A DNA stretch of 64,000 nucleotides, taken from the IMG/VR virus record IMGVR_UViG_2751185828_000002, one strand, 5' to 3'. Each line of letters begins with the position of its first letter. The stretch's first letter is position 1. A model generated the notes under the pieces. It ran no database searches and was not told the DNA's origin. It saw only the letters and a list, made by a program, of their open reading frames with translations. A program made the translations under genes and the position numbers. This document shows, piece by piece, positions 28,276 through 37,429 of the stretch. Source of the DNA: a virus. Its lineage: Duplodnaviria > Caudoviricetes.

Positions 28276-29853
28276 TTGCCTTCCACTTTCGGCATTGTCG
28301 ATCTGTTCGCCGGCCCGGGCGGACTTGGCGAGGGGTTCGCTTCCCTCGTCGAGGACGGCCATGCGCCGTTCCGGATCGGCATTTCGGTCGAGAAGGAGGC
28401 GTCGGCCCATCGGACCCTGACGCTGCGTGCTTTTCTGCGCGAGTACCGTGCACGTCATGGCGTCTTGCCGAAGGAGCTCATCGATTTCCATGCCGGGCTG
28501 GCATCCGAACCGGACTGGTCAGCCGTCGATGCCGAAGCCTGGCAGCATGCCATCGACGAAGCCCGCGCGCTTGAGCTCGGCACCAAGGCTGCGGCGACCG
28601 CCATTGATGGCGCCATCGCGACGCTGAAAGCAAAGTACGACGACACGATCCTGATCGGCGGCCCGCCCTGTCAGGCCTATTCCCTGGTGGGGCGTGTCCG
28701 TTCCAGAGGCAAGGTCGGCTACGTCCCGGAGGAGGATGCGCGGCACTACCTCTTTCGCGAGTACATCCGGGTCCTCGACAAGCTTCGCCCGGCCGCCTTC
28801 GTTATGGAAAACGTCAAGGGCATGCTTTCGTCGACAGTCGAGAGCCGGCTTGTCTTCGAGATGCTGATGGAGGATCTGTCCTCGCTCGGCACGGGTCACG
28901 CCCATCACTACGAACTTCGTGCCGTCCGGGTCGAGGATGGCAAGGCCAGCCTGCAGGAAGCGTCACAGCCCTCGGACTTCATCGTGCGCTCCGAGGCGTT
29001 CGGAGTCCCCCAGCGTCGCCACAGGGTGATCATCGTCGGCATCCGTTCGGACCTCGCAGGACGGACCAGGGATGCGCAGATCGCTGTGTCGGGTAGAGTG
29101 CGGACCGTCCGCGATGTAATCGAAACGATGCCATCCTTGCGGAGCGGCATCAGCCGCGGGCTCGACGACGCGGCCGCCTGGCGGGAAGAAGTCGTCGGCG
29201 CCGCGAGCATGCTGGCCGGCATTTCCAAGGGGAAGGACGACCAGGCGCTCCGTGAGGCATTCCTGAGCGTTTCGGAGCGAGTGAAGGAAAATCCGCCTAT
29301 CGTTCGGGCTGCGTCACGGTTGCCAGACGGCTACGGCACTTCAAACGATGAGTTGCTACAGTGGATCGAGCGACCGGAACTTCGCGCGATCGCTCAGCAC
29401 GAGACGCGCGGGCACATGGCGTCGGACCTGGGCCGCTACTTGTTTGCTGCAGTGTTCGGAGCCGTCCGTGGCTGCAGCCCGAAAGCCGCCGATTTCCCTC
29501 TAGCGCTCAGCCCCGATCACCGAAACTGGCACAGCGGTGTGTTCAATGACCGCTTCCGGGTTCAGCTGGCGGACGAGGCATCGACCACGGTCACGAGCCA
29601 CATCTCGAAGGATGGCCACTACTTCATTCACCCCGATCCGATCCAGTGCCGGAGCCTGACGGTTCGCGAAGCCGCCCGGCTGCAGACATTTCCTGACGAT
29701 TACCTGTTTCTAGGCAACCGAACGCAGCAGTATGTCCAGGTCGGAAACGCTGTGCCGCCGCTCCTGGCACGTCAGATCGCAGCGGTTGTGCACGTCACGC
29801 TTCAAAAGCCAGCAACCCAGCGAACGAACATGTTCGTTTCAGCGAACGATTGA
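28276..29853 (+). CDS. DNA cytosine-C5 methyltransferase (long type)
   Basis: DLFAGPGG (I), GGPPCQAYS (IV), MENVKG (VI), PQRRHRV (VIII), RSLTVREAARLQTFP (IX), QVGNAVPP (X). TTG start at 28276 after AGGAG. Confidence 0.95.
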   Translation: MPSTFGIVDLFAGPGGLGEGFASLVEDGHAPFRIGISVEKEASAHRTLTLRAFLREYRARHGVLPKELIDFHAGLASEPDWSAVDAEAWQHAIDEARALELGTKAAATAIDGAIATLKAKYDDTILIGGPPCQAYSLVGRVRSRGKVGYVPEEDARHYLFREYIRVLDKLRPAAFVMENVKGMLSSTVESRLVFEMLMEDLSSLGTGHAHHYELRAVRVEDGKASLQEASQPSDFIVRSEAFGVPQRRHRVIIVGIRSDLAGRTRDAQIAVSGRVRTVRDVIETMPSLRSGISRGLDDAAAWREEVVGAASMLAGISKGKDDQALREAFLSVSERVKENPPIVRAASRLPDGYGTSNDELLQWIERPELRAIAQHETRGHMASDLGRYLFAAVFGAVRGCSPKAADFPLALSPDHRNWHSGVFNDRFRVQLADEASTTVTSHISKDGHYFIHPDPIQCRSLTVREAARLQTFPDDYLFLGNRTQQYVQVGNAVPPLLARQIAAVVHVTLQKPATQRTNMFVSAND

Positions 29854-29880
29854 CAATCGTTCGCTCAGGTGAGATATATG
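29823..29880 (+). promoter_or_regulatory. Putative sigma70 promoter with two palindromic operators
   Basis: Perfect 16-bp palindrome AACGAACATGTTCGTT (29823-38); inverted repeat AGCGAACGAT-TGACA-ATCGTTCGCT (29841-65) centred on TTGACA (29850-55); AT-rich GATATAT about 17 bp downstream. Confidence 0.6.
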
Positions 29881-30041
29881 GTTCGTGCCAGCATACGGCA
29901 CTGTGTGTAACTCATCTGGATAGAGCGTAGGGGCGAGGCAAATCCCGAGCAGAAGCGTCGTTGGGCCCAGTCCACGGCGGGTCTGTGGAGATGTCTCTTC
30001 GACTGCGACCGCATTCCCTTCCAGATCATCGCGGAGAACCC

Positions 30042-32876
30042 ATGTCGCTCTCATCCCTTCTGAAGGACCTGCGCGTCCAATCGGGCCAATCGCTCCAGCA
30101 GGTCGCCGAAAAGGTCGGTTCGTCCAAGGCCTACCTGTCCGAGCTCGAACGCGGCGTGGCGAAGAACCCGGGCATCGACCTGCTGAAGGCGCTCGCCCAC
30201 AACTACGGCGTTTCCGTTGCGACGCTGATTGGCGAAGCCGACGCGGCGCCGTTGCCCCCGCCCGTGGCCGGTCAGGTCGAGGCATGGGTAAGCAACATCC
30301 GGAAGGAGCAGGCTGCCGGGCTGGATCTCGAAACCGCGGCAAACGAGGCCCGCGCGTCCTTCGAGCGACTTCTTGGCCCGCTCGACCCGCAGCACGAGGC
30401 GAACTGGAAGGCGGCTGTCAGCGAGCTTGAAGCCGCGTTCGAGCGGAAGATCGAGTATCTTGGCAACTATTCGCTCCGCAAGCCGCGACGGCCGCACTGG
30501 TATGACGGTCCGCGCGCGGGCGATCTGCACTGGCCGAAGCTCGAGGCCTTCCTGCTGTCTCGCAAGGGCTGGTCGAAGGAGACCGTTGCGAGCATCGACG
30601 CAACATCGACCGAGGTAGTCTCGCTTCTCGAAAATCCCGCCCAGAGCGAGTTCCGGGGTCGAGGACTGGTGGTCGGCTATGTGCAGAGCGGGAAGACTGC
30701 CAACATGGAAGCGGTCATCGCCAAGGCGGTCGATGCAGGGTACCGCTTCGTGATCATCCTGACAGGCATGACAAATTCGCTGCGAACGCAGACTCAGGAT
30801 CGCATCGAGTCCGATCTGGTCGAGCGCAACAAGTACGGGTGGCACAGCCACACCACAAGCGACTCCGACTTCCGGAAGCCGGCGAGTAAGTGGTTTTCGA
30901 TTATGGACCCGGTGCAGATCGCTGCCGTGAAGAAGAATGTGGCGCCACTTGAAGCGCTTCTCGGCACGATCGAGAAGACGCCGCCAACGCACCGCGCGCG
31001 CATGCCTGTGCTTATTGTAGATGACGAATGCGATCAGGCCGGCGTCAATGCGACCGGCAGTCAGTACAACATGACGGCGATCAACGCGCTCATCCGCAAG
31101 ATTCTCGCGGCACTGCCGAAGGTCCAATACGTCGGATACACGGCGACGCCCTTTGCAAACGTGCTGATCAACCCGGAGAAGCCGACCGGCGGCCTGGACG
31201 ACCTATATCCCGAGGACTTCATCACGAGCCTGCCAAAGCCCGAAGGTTATTTCGGTCCGGAGAGCCTGTTCGGGCGCGACCCGATCGATGCCGATGACGA
31301 GAAACCGGAGGAGTCCGGACTCGACATGATCCGTGGGGTCGATGACGCCGAGGTAGCCCTCGTCCGTCCACCGTCAGCGAAGGACCGTTTCACCTTTGAG
31401 CCCGGCATCCCGAAATCGCTCGACAAGGCGCTTTCCTACTTCGTGCTTGCAACCGCCGCCCGCTATGTACGTGGGCAGTCGCGCCAGCACAGTTCGATGC
31501 TGGTGCACACGACGGTCTACACGCACCCGCATCACGCGCTGGCCGACAAGATCGCGGCCTGGCAGAACGGGCTCGCCAAGAAGATCTCGAAGGGCGACGA
31601 GAAGACGTTCGATCGACTTGAGAGGCTCTGGCTCGAAGAGGTGGCCAAGGTCGATGCGGGCCGCTTCGGCCTTGCGCCGACATCGTTCAGCGCGCTGAGG
31701 CCTGAGCTCGAGAAGGTCCTCGATGACATCGCGATCGTGGTCGAGAACAGCGACAGCGAGACGCGGCTCGACTACGCGTCGGGGCCGAAGAAGTACATTG
31801 TGGTCGGCGGCTCGGTGCTCGCGCGTGGTCTCACAATTGAGGGGCTGGTCGTCAGCTACTTCGTGCGCTCATCGAACCAGTACGACACCCTCCTTCAGAT
31901 GGGCCGATGGTTCGGATATCGGCCCGGTTACGAGGACCTCCCGCGGATCTGGATGACCGACGACCTGCGGACATCGTTCCGTGATCTGGCGACGGTCGAG
32001 GCCGAGATCCGGGCCGACATTCAGCAGTACCGCAAACGCGAGGTGACACCGGCGGATTTCTCGATCCGGGTGCGACGCATTCCTGGATTGGCCATCACCG
32101 CTGCCAAGAAGATGTATGCGGCCAAGGCATGCGACGTGAGCTTCTCGGGAGAGCACATCCAGACCATACGCTTCCCGCACCGTGACGAGGACTTTCTTCG
32201 GCACAACTGGGAGGCTGCGGCCGAGCTGGTCGATGCGGCAGCGAGCCAAGGTATCAAGCCTGCGCGGCGCGGCCGTCTGATCGAAGGCGTATCCTTCGAT
32301 CTCGCCATGAAGTTTCTGGAGACTTACAGAAGTGACCAGCGCGATCTGATCTCGGGAAAGCTGTTGGAATACATCCGGCTCGAGGCGAGTCGGGCCGATC
32401 AGCCGTACGAAACCTGGAACATCGCGATCGTCGAAACAGGCGGAACCCGCCGCTCCGTTGAGCCGCTTGGTGCCTTCGGCAATGTCGGCCTCGTCAACCG
32501 GGCACGCCTCAAGGGACTGACACGCGACGGTCTCGCCGACATCAAGGCTCTGATGTCGCGGGACGACGTGCTTATGGACGTCACCGGCTCGCCCGATGAC
32601 AGGTCTTGGGACAGCGTTAAGGAATTCCGTCAGGCGCTGGTCGGTGACCGGGTTCCACTGCTGCTCCTTTACGCAATCGATGAGGCGTCGGTACCGAGGT
32701 CTGAGAAGCTGCGCGAACCCCTCGGCGCGGTGCGCGACATGCTGGGAATTGGCCTCGTTCTGCCAGAGCGGGGCGCGAAGACAAGCTATGTCCGCGTCCC
32801 GATCAACCAGGACGACGGCGACGAGGAGGACGTTCAGGCAGACATCGACGGCGATGCCGGACAGGCTGCGAAATGA
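30042..32876 (+). CDS. XRE-HTH fused to SF2-helicase-like / Z1 domain protein
   Basis: N-terminal SLQQVAEKVGSSKAYLSELERG (HTH_3); GYVQSGKT (Walker A), VDDECDQA (Walker B), YTATP, RGLTIEGL, DTLLQMGRWFGYR (Z1 family). Confidence 0.9.
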   Translation: MSLSSLLKDLRVQSGQSLQQVAEKVGSSKAYLSELERGVAKNPGIDLLKALAHNYGVSVATLIGEADAAPLPPPVAGQVEAWVSNIRKEQAAGLDLETAANEARASFERLLGPLDPQHEANWKAAVSELEAAFERKIEYLGNYSLRKPRRPHWYDGPRAGDLHWPKLEAFLLSRKGWSKETVASIDATSTEVVSLLENPAQSEFRGRGLVVGYVQSGKTANMEAVIAKAVDAGYRFVIILTGMTNSLRTQTQDRIESDLVERNKYGWHSHTTSDSDFRKPASKWFSIMDPVQIAAVKKNVAPLEALLGTIEKTPPTHRARMPVLIVDDECDQAGVNATGSQYNMTAINALIRKILAALPKVQYVGYTATPFANVLINPEKPTGGLDDLYPEDFITSLPKPEGYFGPESLFGRDPIDADDEKPEESGLDMIRGVDDAEVALVRPPSAKDRFTFEPGIPKSLDKALSYFVLATAARYVRGQSRQHSSMLVHTTVYTHPHHALADKIAAWQNGLAKKISKGDEKTFDRLERLWLEEVAKVDAGRFGLAPTSFSALRPELEKVLDDIAIVVENSDSETRLDYASGPKKYIVVGGSVLARGLTIEGLVVSYFVRSSNQYDTLLQMGRWFGYRPGYEDLPRIWMTDDLRTSFRDLATVEAEIRADIQQYRKREVTPADFSIRVRRIPGLAITAAKKMYAAKACDVSFSGEHIQTIRFPHRDEDFLRHNWEAAAELVDAAASQGIKPARRGRLIEGVSFDLAMKFLETYRSDQRDLISGKLLEYIRLEASRADQPYETWNIAIVETGGTRRSVEPLGAFGNVGLVNRARLKGLTRDGLADIKALMSRDDVLMDVTGSPDDRSWDSVKEFRQALVGDRVPLLLLYAIDEASVPRSEKLREPLGAVRDMLGIGLVLPERGAKTSYVRVPINQDDGDEEDVQADIDGDAGQAAK

Positions 32877-33892
32877 CGGACGGAACCCGTGCGGGCATCG
32901 GCTGGGAACGCCTGCGGCAGGAGTCAGGTGCGCAGGCGAGTGATCTGGGCGTGCCCTCCCTGGTGCTTGACGCCTCGGCTGGCGCTGGCCCGGCCCGCCT
33001 CGCGATAGGAGCTGAGCGCGAAGCGCGGCTTCTTGTCCCGCTCGCAGCCGGTGAGCGGTTCCCGATGGTCCACGATACGCACGGTCTTGAACTCAGGGAC
33101 AGCGTGCTTCTGCTGCAGGGACAGCCGGTCCGGTTCATCGATGTCGCCTGCCGCGGCGAGCGTCTCGAGGCCGTCTTCGAGAAGCTGGTCGATGAAGTCG
33201 TTCGGCGCCTGAGAGGGGGCGCCGCGCCGGCGAACGCGCTCGAGGATGCAATCACCGACTTTCGCAATCTCCTCTCGGGCGCTAACCGCGAGCGTCCTTC
33301 GATCGAAACCGCACTCGGGCTGATTGGCGAGCTCATCATCCTGAATCGGCTACTTCTTGTTGATCCCGACGCCTGGCAACTCTGGACCGGGCCGGCTGGC
33401 GGCCGTCACGACTTCCGTGGCGGTGACCGGGCAATCGAGGTCAAGACTTCGCTTCGTGCCCAGTCCCGAATCGTGGAGGTATCTGCAATTGACCAGCTGG
33501 CAGCGCCCCCCGGTGGACATCTGCTGCTCGCGCACTGCGTGCTCGAGTATGACGGGGCTGGGCCTCTTTCGGTTGTGGGTGAGGCGACGCATGCGTGCAC
33601 GATCGCAAGCGATCCTGCCGCCGTGGCCGATCGGCTCGCCCTGCTCGGATACGATCAAGCCCAGGCCGATGAGTGGTCCTCGTTCAGGTTCTCCCTGTTC
33701 TCGCAGGAGCTCTATTCGGTGACCGACGGCTTTCCGCGGCTCACCCCCGCCTCGTTTGCGGAGGGAGAACTGCCGGTCGGGGTCAGCCACTTCCGCTACC
33801 GGGTGAATCTCGATTTTGCGTCGGAGTTTCGATTCAGGCCCGCCGAGGCCGACAATGCGCTTCAGGAGATAGTGTCATGTCTAAGCCTCTGA
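32873..33892 (+). CDS. PD-(D/E)XK motif protein (DUF4420-like nuclease)
   Basis: GLIGEL...WTGPAGGRHDF...AIEVKTS signature; ATGA-coupled to the Z1 gene. Confidence 0.85.
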   Translation: MTDGTRAGIGWERLRQESGAQASDLGVPSLVLDASAGAGPARLAIGAEREARLLVPLAAGERFPMVHDTHGLELRDSVLLLQGQPVRFIDVACRGERLEAVFEKLVDEVVRRLRGGAAPANALEDAITDFRNLLSGANRERPSIETALGLIGELIILNRLLLVDPDAWQLWTGPAGGRHDFRGGDRAIEVKTSLRAQSRIVEVSAIDQLAAPPGGHLLLAHCVLEYDGAGPLSVVGEATHACTIASDPAAVADRLALLGYDQAQADEWSSFRFSLFSQELYSVTDGFPRLTPASFAEGELPVGVSHFRYRVNLDFASEFRFRPAEADNALQEIVSCLSL

Positions 33893-35736
33893 GTCTCCAT
33901 GCGGAACGCTTCGCGGCTGCAGGTGGCATGGCTGCCGACGGAATGAAGAAGCTTCTGGGCACACCTGCGCTGTCCCTGCTGGAGACGGTGGTGAGGGAGA
34001 CGGTCCAGAACAGCTGGGATGCACGGCTCGTCGAGTCCGGCGTCGGCTACAGGATTGGCTTGCGAGAGCTGCGGCCAGAGGAGGCTGCCATTCTCCGCGA
34101 TGAGATTCTCGCCAAGCTCCCTCCGTCCAAGGAGTCCGCAGACCCACTGCTTGCCTACCTTTCCTCGAAGCATCCGGTCGTCATGGAGATTTCCGACTGG
34201 AGGACCCGTGGCCTCGGCGGTCCATCTCGGGCGAACGTGCTGCCGAAGCCAGGGGAGCACAACGACTTCGTGAATTTCGTGCGCAACATGGGTGCCCGTC
34301 GTGACATGGCGGGCGGTGGCGGCACTTATGGCTACGGGAAGAGTTCGCTCTATCAGCTCAGTCGATGTGCCACGGTCCTCGTTGACTCGGTCTCGCTGAC
34401 TCCTTCCGCGCGGATCGTTCACCGCTTCATTGGATGCCACTTGGGCGATGCCCACGACAGCAAGCGCCATGGCCGGCTGACCGGTCGCCACTGGTGGGGC
34501 GTGGCCGATGCCGACGACGCGGACGTGGTCGATCCGGTTACTGGTCGCAGCGCCGTTCGGCTGCGGAAGGCGCTCGGGCTTCCTGATCGGGGAGCCGACG
34601 CCACGGGAACAACGCTGGTCGTGCTCGACCCCGATCTCGAGGACCGCCCGCTCGAGGCGGTTGCGGCCGAAATCCAGGAGGCGCTTCTCTGGTACCTCTG
34701 GCCAAAGATGCTCCTCGGCGCCGATGGCCAAAGGGCCATGGCCATCGAGGTCGAACTCAACGGAGAGCTGTTGCCGCTTCCGGCACCCGAAGATTTCCCG
34801 CCACTCGACCTGTTCGTTGAGGCCTATCGCACCGTGAAGGCTGGAGGGCCAAACCTGACCAGGATCGCTTCCGAGCGGCCCATCCAGCACCTCGGCCTCT
34901 GCTCCATCAGACGCGGCTTCAGGAGGCCTCGGCAGTTTCTCGGCGACCCCGCTGGCAGCATCATCCCGGCCACCAGTGCGCACATAGCCCTCATGCGTCC
35001 GGTTGAACTGGTCGTGAAGTACATCGAGGGCACCCACCTGCCAAGTGACACCGTCGAATGGGCCGGGGTCTTCATCTGTGACGACGATCCCGTAGTTGAG
35101 CAAGCTTTCGCCGACGCTGAGCCACCTGCCCACGACGACTGGATCCCGGACAAGATGCCGAAGAGCTGGGCAAAGACCTTCGTGCGGGTTGCGCTGGCAA
35201 GGCTGAAGTACCTCGCGGCATCATACGCATATCCGGCTTCGTCCTCCACGTCCGGAGCATCCGAGCAGCCACCGCTTGCCAAGGCGGCCGACCTTCTCGG
35301 CAGCTGCATGCCCGCAGTCGGAGGTACGGGCGGCGGTGGCGGCGGGTCGCGCGGCCGTGGAAATGGCCGAGGCGGCGGTGGTCGCGGCGGAGGCCGTAGC
35401 TGGCGGGTCAGCGAGCCACGTTTCGTAGCGTTGCAGGAAGGCGCTACCGGGGCCGAAGCGCTCTTCGAGATCGACGTGGACAACAATACGGAGCGGGCAA
35501 TCCGCCTTACCGCCATACCTGCTCCTGTGATCGATGGTGTCTTGGCAGGTCCGGACGAGGGTGACGTCGTCGTCACGTTCGTATGCTGGGAAGATCAGGA
35601 CGGCAATCAGCTGACCACGTCGCCTGAGCTGGTCGCAACGCCGGACGAGAGCGGCAGCTATCGTGCGCGTATCATCGTGCCTGATGTTGCAGCGGCCGGA
35701 GTGCGAGTGGCGGCAGCTGAGCAGGCACCGTCATGA
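33877..35736 (+). CDS. GHKL (MORC/MutL-like) ATPase with RGG-rich linker
   Basis: VRETVQNSWDA (N box), ISDWRTRGLGG (G1), GGTYGYGKSS (G2), TGTTLVV; Gly/Arg-rich tract GGSRGRGNGRGGGGRGGGR. Confidence 0.75.
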   Translation: MSKPLSLHAERFAAAGGMAADGMKKLLGTPALSLLETVVRETVQNSWDARLVESGVGYRIGLRELRPEEAAILRDEILAKLPPSKESADPLLAYLSSKHPVVMEISDWRTRGLGGPSRANVLPKPGEHNDFVNFVRNMGARRDMAGGGGTYGYGKSSLYQLSRCATVLVDSVSLTPSARIVHRFIGCHLGDAHDSKRHGRLTGRHWWGVADADDADVVDPVTGRSAVRLRKALGLPDRGADATGTTLVVLDPDLEDRPLEAVAAEIQEALLWYLWPKMLLGADGQRAMAIEVELNGELLPLPAPEDFPPLDLFVEAYRTVKAGGPNLTRIASERPIQHLGLCSIRRGFRRPRQFLGDPAGSIIPATSAHIALMRPVELVVKYIEGTHLPSDTVEWAGVFICDDDPVVEQAFADAEPPAHDDWIPDKMPKSWAKTFVRVALARLKYLAASYAYPASSSTSGASEQPPLAKAADLLGSCMPAVGGTGGGGGGSRGRGNGRGGGGRGGGRSWRVSEPRFVALQEGATGAEALFEIDVDNNTERAIRLTAIPAPVIDGVLAGPDEGDVVVTFVCWEDQDGNQLTTSPELVATPDESGSYRARIIVPDVAAAGVRVAAAEQAPS

Positions 35737-36638
35737 CGGCCATTGCCTATCCCTTCCTTCGTCCCGGCCCCGACCGGATCAGCGCCGGGCCCTGGCTCGT
35801 CACGCGTGACGGCGAACCCTGCGTCTTCGCGGACGGCCACCTCGATCACTTTGACTACTCGACCAACCTCGAGGCAGTTCGTCATTTCAAGGTCGATGTG
35901 GAAGGGGTAGCCGCTGACACCGGGCTTAGGGCCGACGAGATCAAGCTCCTCTGCGTCGTCACTTTCGGCACCGGTGGCCGCCGCCTCCAGCGCGCGAGAA
36001 GAATTGTTACCCGGGAAGTGATCCAAGCCGGTCGCGAGGCCATTGTACTGGCGCTAGCAATCGATGGTCGCGAGGTCTCAGAGCTCTTCGTGCTCACGAC
36101 CGAAATCATCCTTCTTTCGTCGGGTACGGTTCGTCGCCGGGTCTCGCCAGTCACGACAGGTGCAAGACTTTGGCGAGACGAATTTCGCGCCGCGGTAGAA
36201 CCGCTCGGTGCGCGCTTCCCGATGGAAGCCGTGAGCTTTGCGACTGTGTTCCCGACCGGCCATGGTGATGCACTCTGGTACCTCGACTGGTCACCGCAGA
36301 CCCTACACCATGACTTCGCAACGTCGGTCCGACTGCTGATCAACCTGGACAGGCCGGCCTTTGTTGAAGCCGTGCAGCAAGCGGACGAGGTCACACTGAG
36401 GATGCTAATGTGCTCGGTAACCACCCAGATGGTCAGGTCGGCCATCGATCTCGATCATTTTCCGCTGGACCAAACGGAGGCCAGTCCTTCCTCGGTGTCA
36501 GCTGTGATCGAGGCATGGGTGGAACAGGCGTTCCCCGGTCAGTCGGCGGAGGCTGTGCGGACGCTGGCACAGCATGACCCGTCACGTTTTGAACTCGCGA
36601 TCGGAAGCCTCTTTGCAGGAGAGCTCGGCAATGAGTGA
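35733..36638 (+). CDS. Hypothetical protein (301 aa), defence-cluster gene
   Basis: Long ORF translationally coupled at both ends; beta-rich N half and helical C half; no motif recognised. Confidence 0.75.
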   Translation: MTAIAYPFLRPGPDRISAGPWLVTRDGEPCVFADGHLDHFDYSTNLEAVRHFKVDVEGVAADTGLRADEIKLLCVVTFGTGGRRLQRARRIVTREVIQAGREAIVLALAIDGREVSELFVLTTEIILLSSGTVRRRVSPVTTGARLWRDEFRAAVEPLGARFPMEAVSFATVFPTGHGDALWYLDWSPQTLHHDFATSVRLLINLDRPAFVEAVQQADEVTLRMLMCSVTTQMVRSAIDLDHFPLDQTEASPSSVSAVIEAWVEQAFPGQSAEAVRTLAQHDPSRFELAIGSLFAGELGNE

Positions 36639-37377
36639 GTTCCGCCTCATGCCCCGCCTCGACAATCACGGCGTTCGGCGACTGATTAGCCTGCCGGATT
36701 TGCTGCGAACAGGCTCCATCAGCGAGCGAATGGAGGCGGCCGGCACTTCGGTCTCATATGCTTCCAGTGGCGGATCGCGAGCCGACGCGGCCGATCTGAA
36801 AGTACTCCAAGAGCAAAGCGTTGCCCTTGCCAAACGCTTCGGATTTCCGAACGAGGGTCGAGCCGCCGGCAGGGCCTCGTTCGATGCAGAATTTGCGCAG
36901 TGGCTGGTGGAGGCTCCCATCATCAGCGGCGGTGAGGCGTTGCGGGATGATGTCTGGGCATTCGTTGCATGTTGTATCGCCCCGGAGGTGGTGCTCTGGC
37001 GCTTCGAGGACGGCCACGCTGATCGCTTCCATGGTGGTCTGCGCAACACCTTCCAGCGGCTCTGGCTCCGAGCACGTTCGCTGGATCGGGGTGCAGGAGC
37101 GCCGCAACGGTGGCAACTCGTCGAGGCGCTGTCGGAGGATGCGGTGGTTCAGATTGTGGAAAGGCCATCCATCGGGGGCGACCCCATGCTCGCTCGCGCA
37201 ATTGCAGAAGCTTGGCTCGCGACCGCGAACCGGATTGGTGCGCGCCGAATGGAGGATGTGACTCGCCGAGCGGTGCGAAGAATCAGGATCGACAACGAGA
37301 TTACGTGCCTGGCCTCGTTGGGTGAGCCAGAGCTTGTCAGCCGACTGCAGGGATTTTTCGACGAGGCTGCGTTATGA
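36631..37377 (+). CDS. Hypothetical protein (248 aa), possibly DUF6339-like
   Basis: Last gene of the operon; DDVWAF...VLWRF...RNTFQRLWLRA resembles the recalled RNxxxRLWW motif of DUF6339. Confidence 0.65.
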   Translation: MSEFRLMPRLDNHGVRRLISLPDLLRTGSISERMEAAGTSVSYASSGGSRADAADLKVLQEQSVALAKRFGFPNEGRAAGRASFDAEFAQWLVEAPIISGGEALRDDVWAFVACCIAPEVVLWRFEDGHADRFHGGLRNTFQRLWLRARSLDRGAGAPQRWQLVEALSEDAVVQIVERPSIGGDPMLARAIAEAWLATANRIGARRMEDVTRRAVRRIRIDNEITCLASLGEPELVSRLQGFFDEAAL

Positions 37378-37429
37378 CCTTCGCGGCAACAAGATTGCTG
37401 CAGGGTCAACTGAGGCCGAAGCGAAGTAG

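Noticed and set aside
29821-29885. LexA (SOS) box upstream of the Z1 operon
   Set aside because: GAAC/GTTC half-sites are present but not at the N7 direct-repeat spacing of the alphaproteobacterial LexA box.
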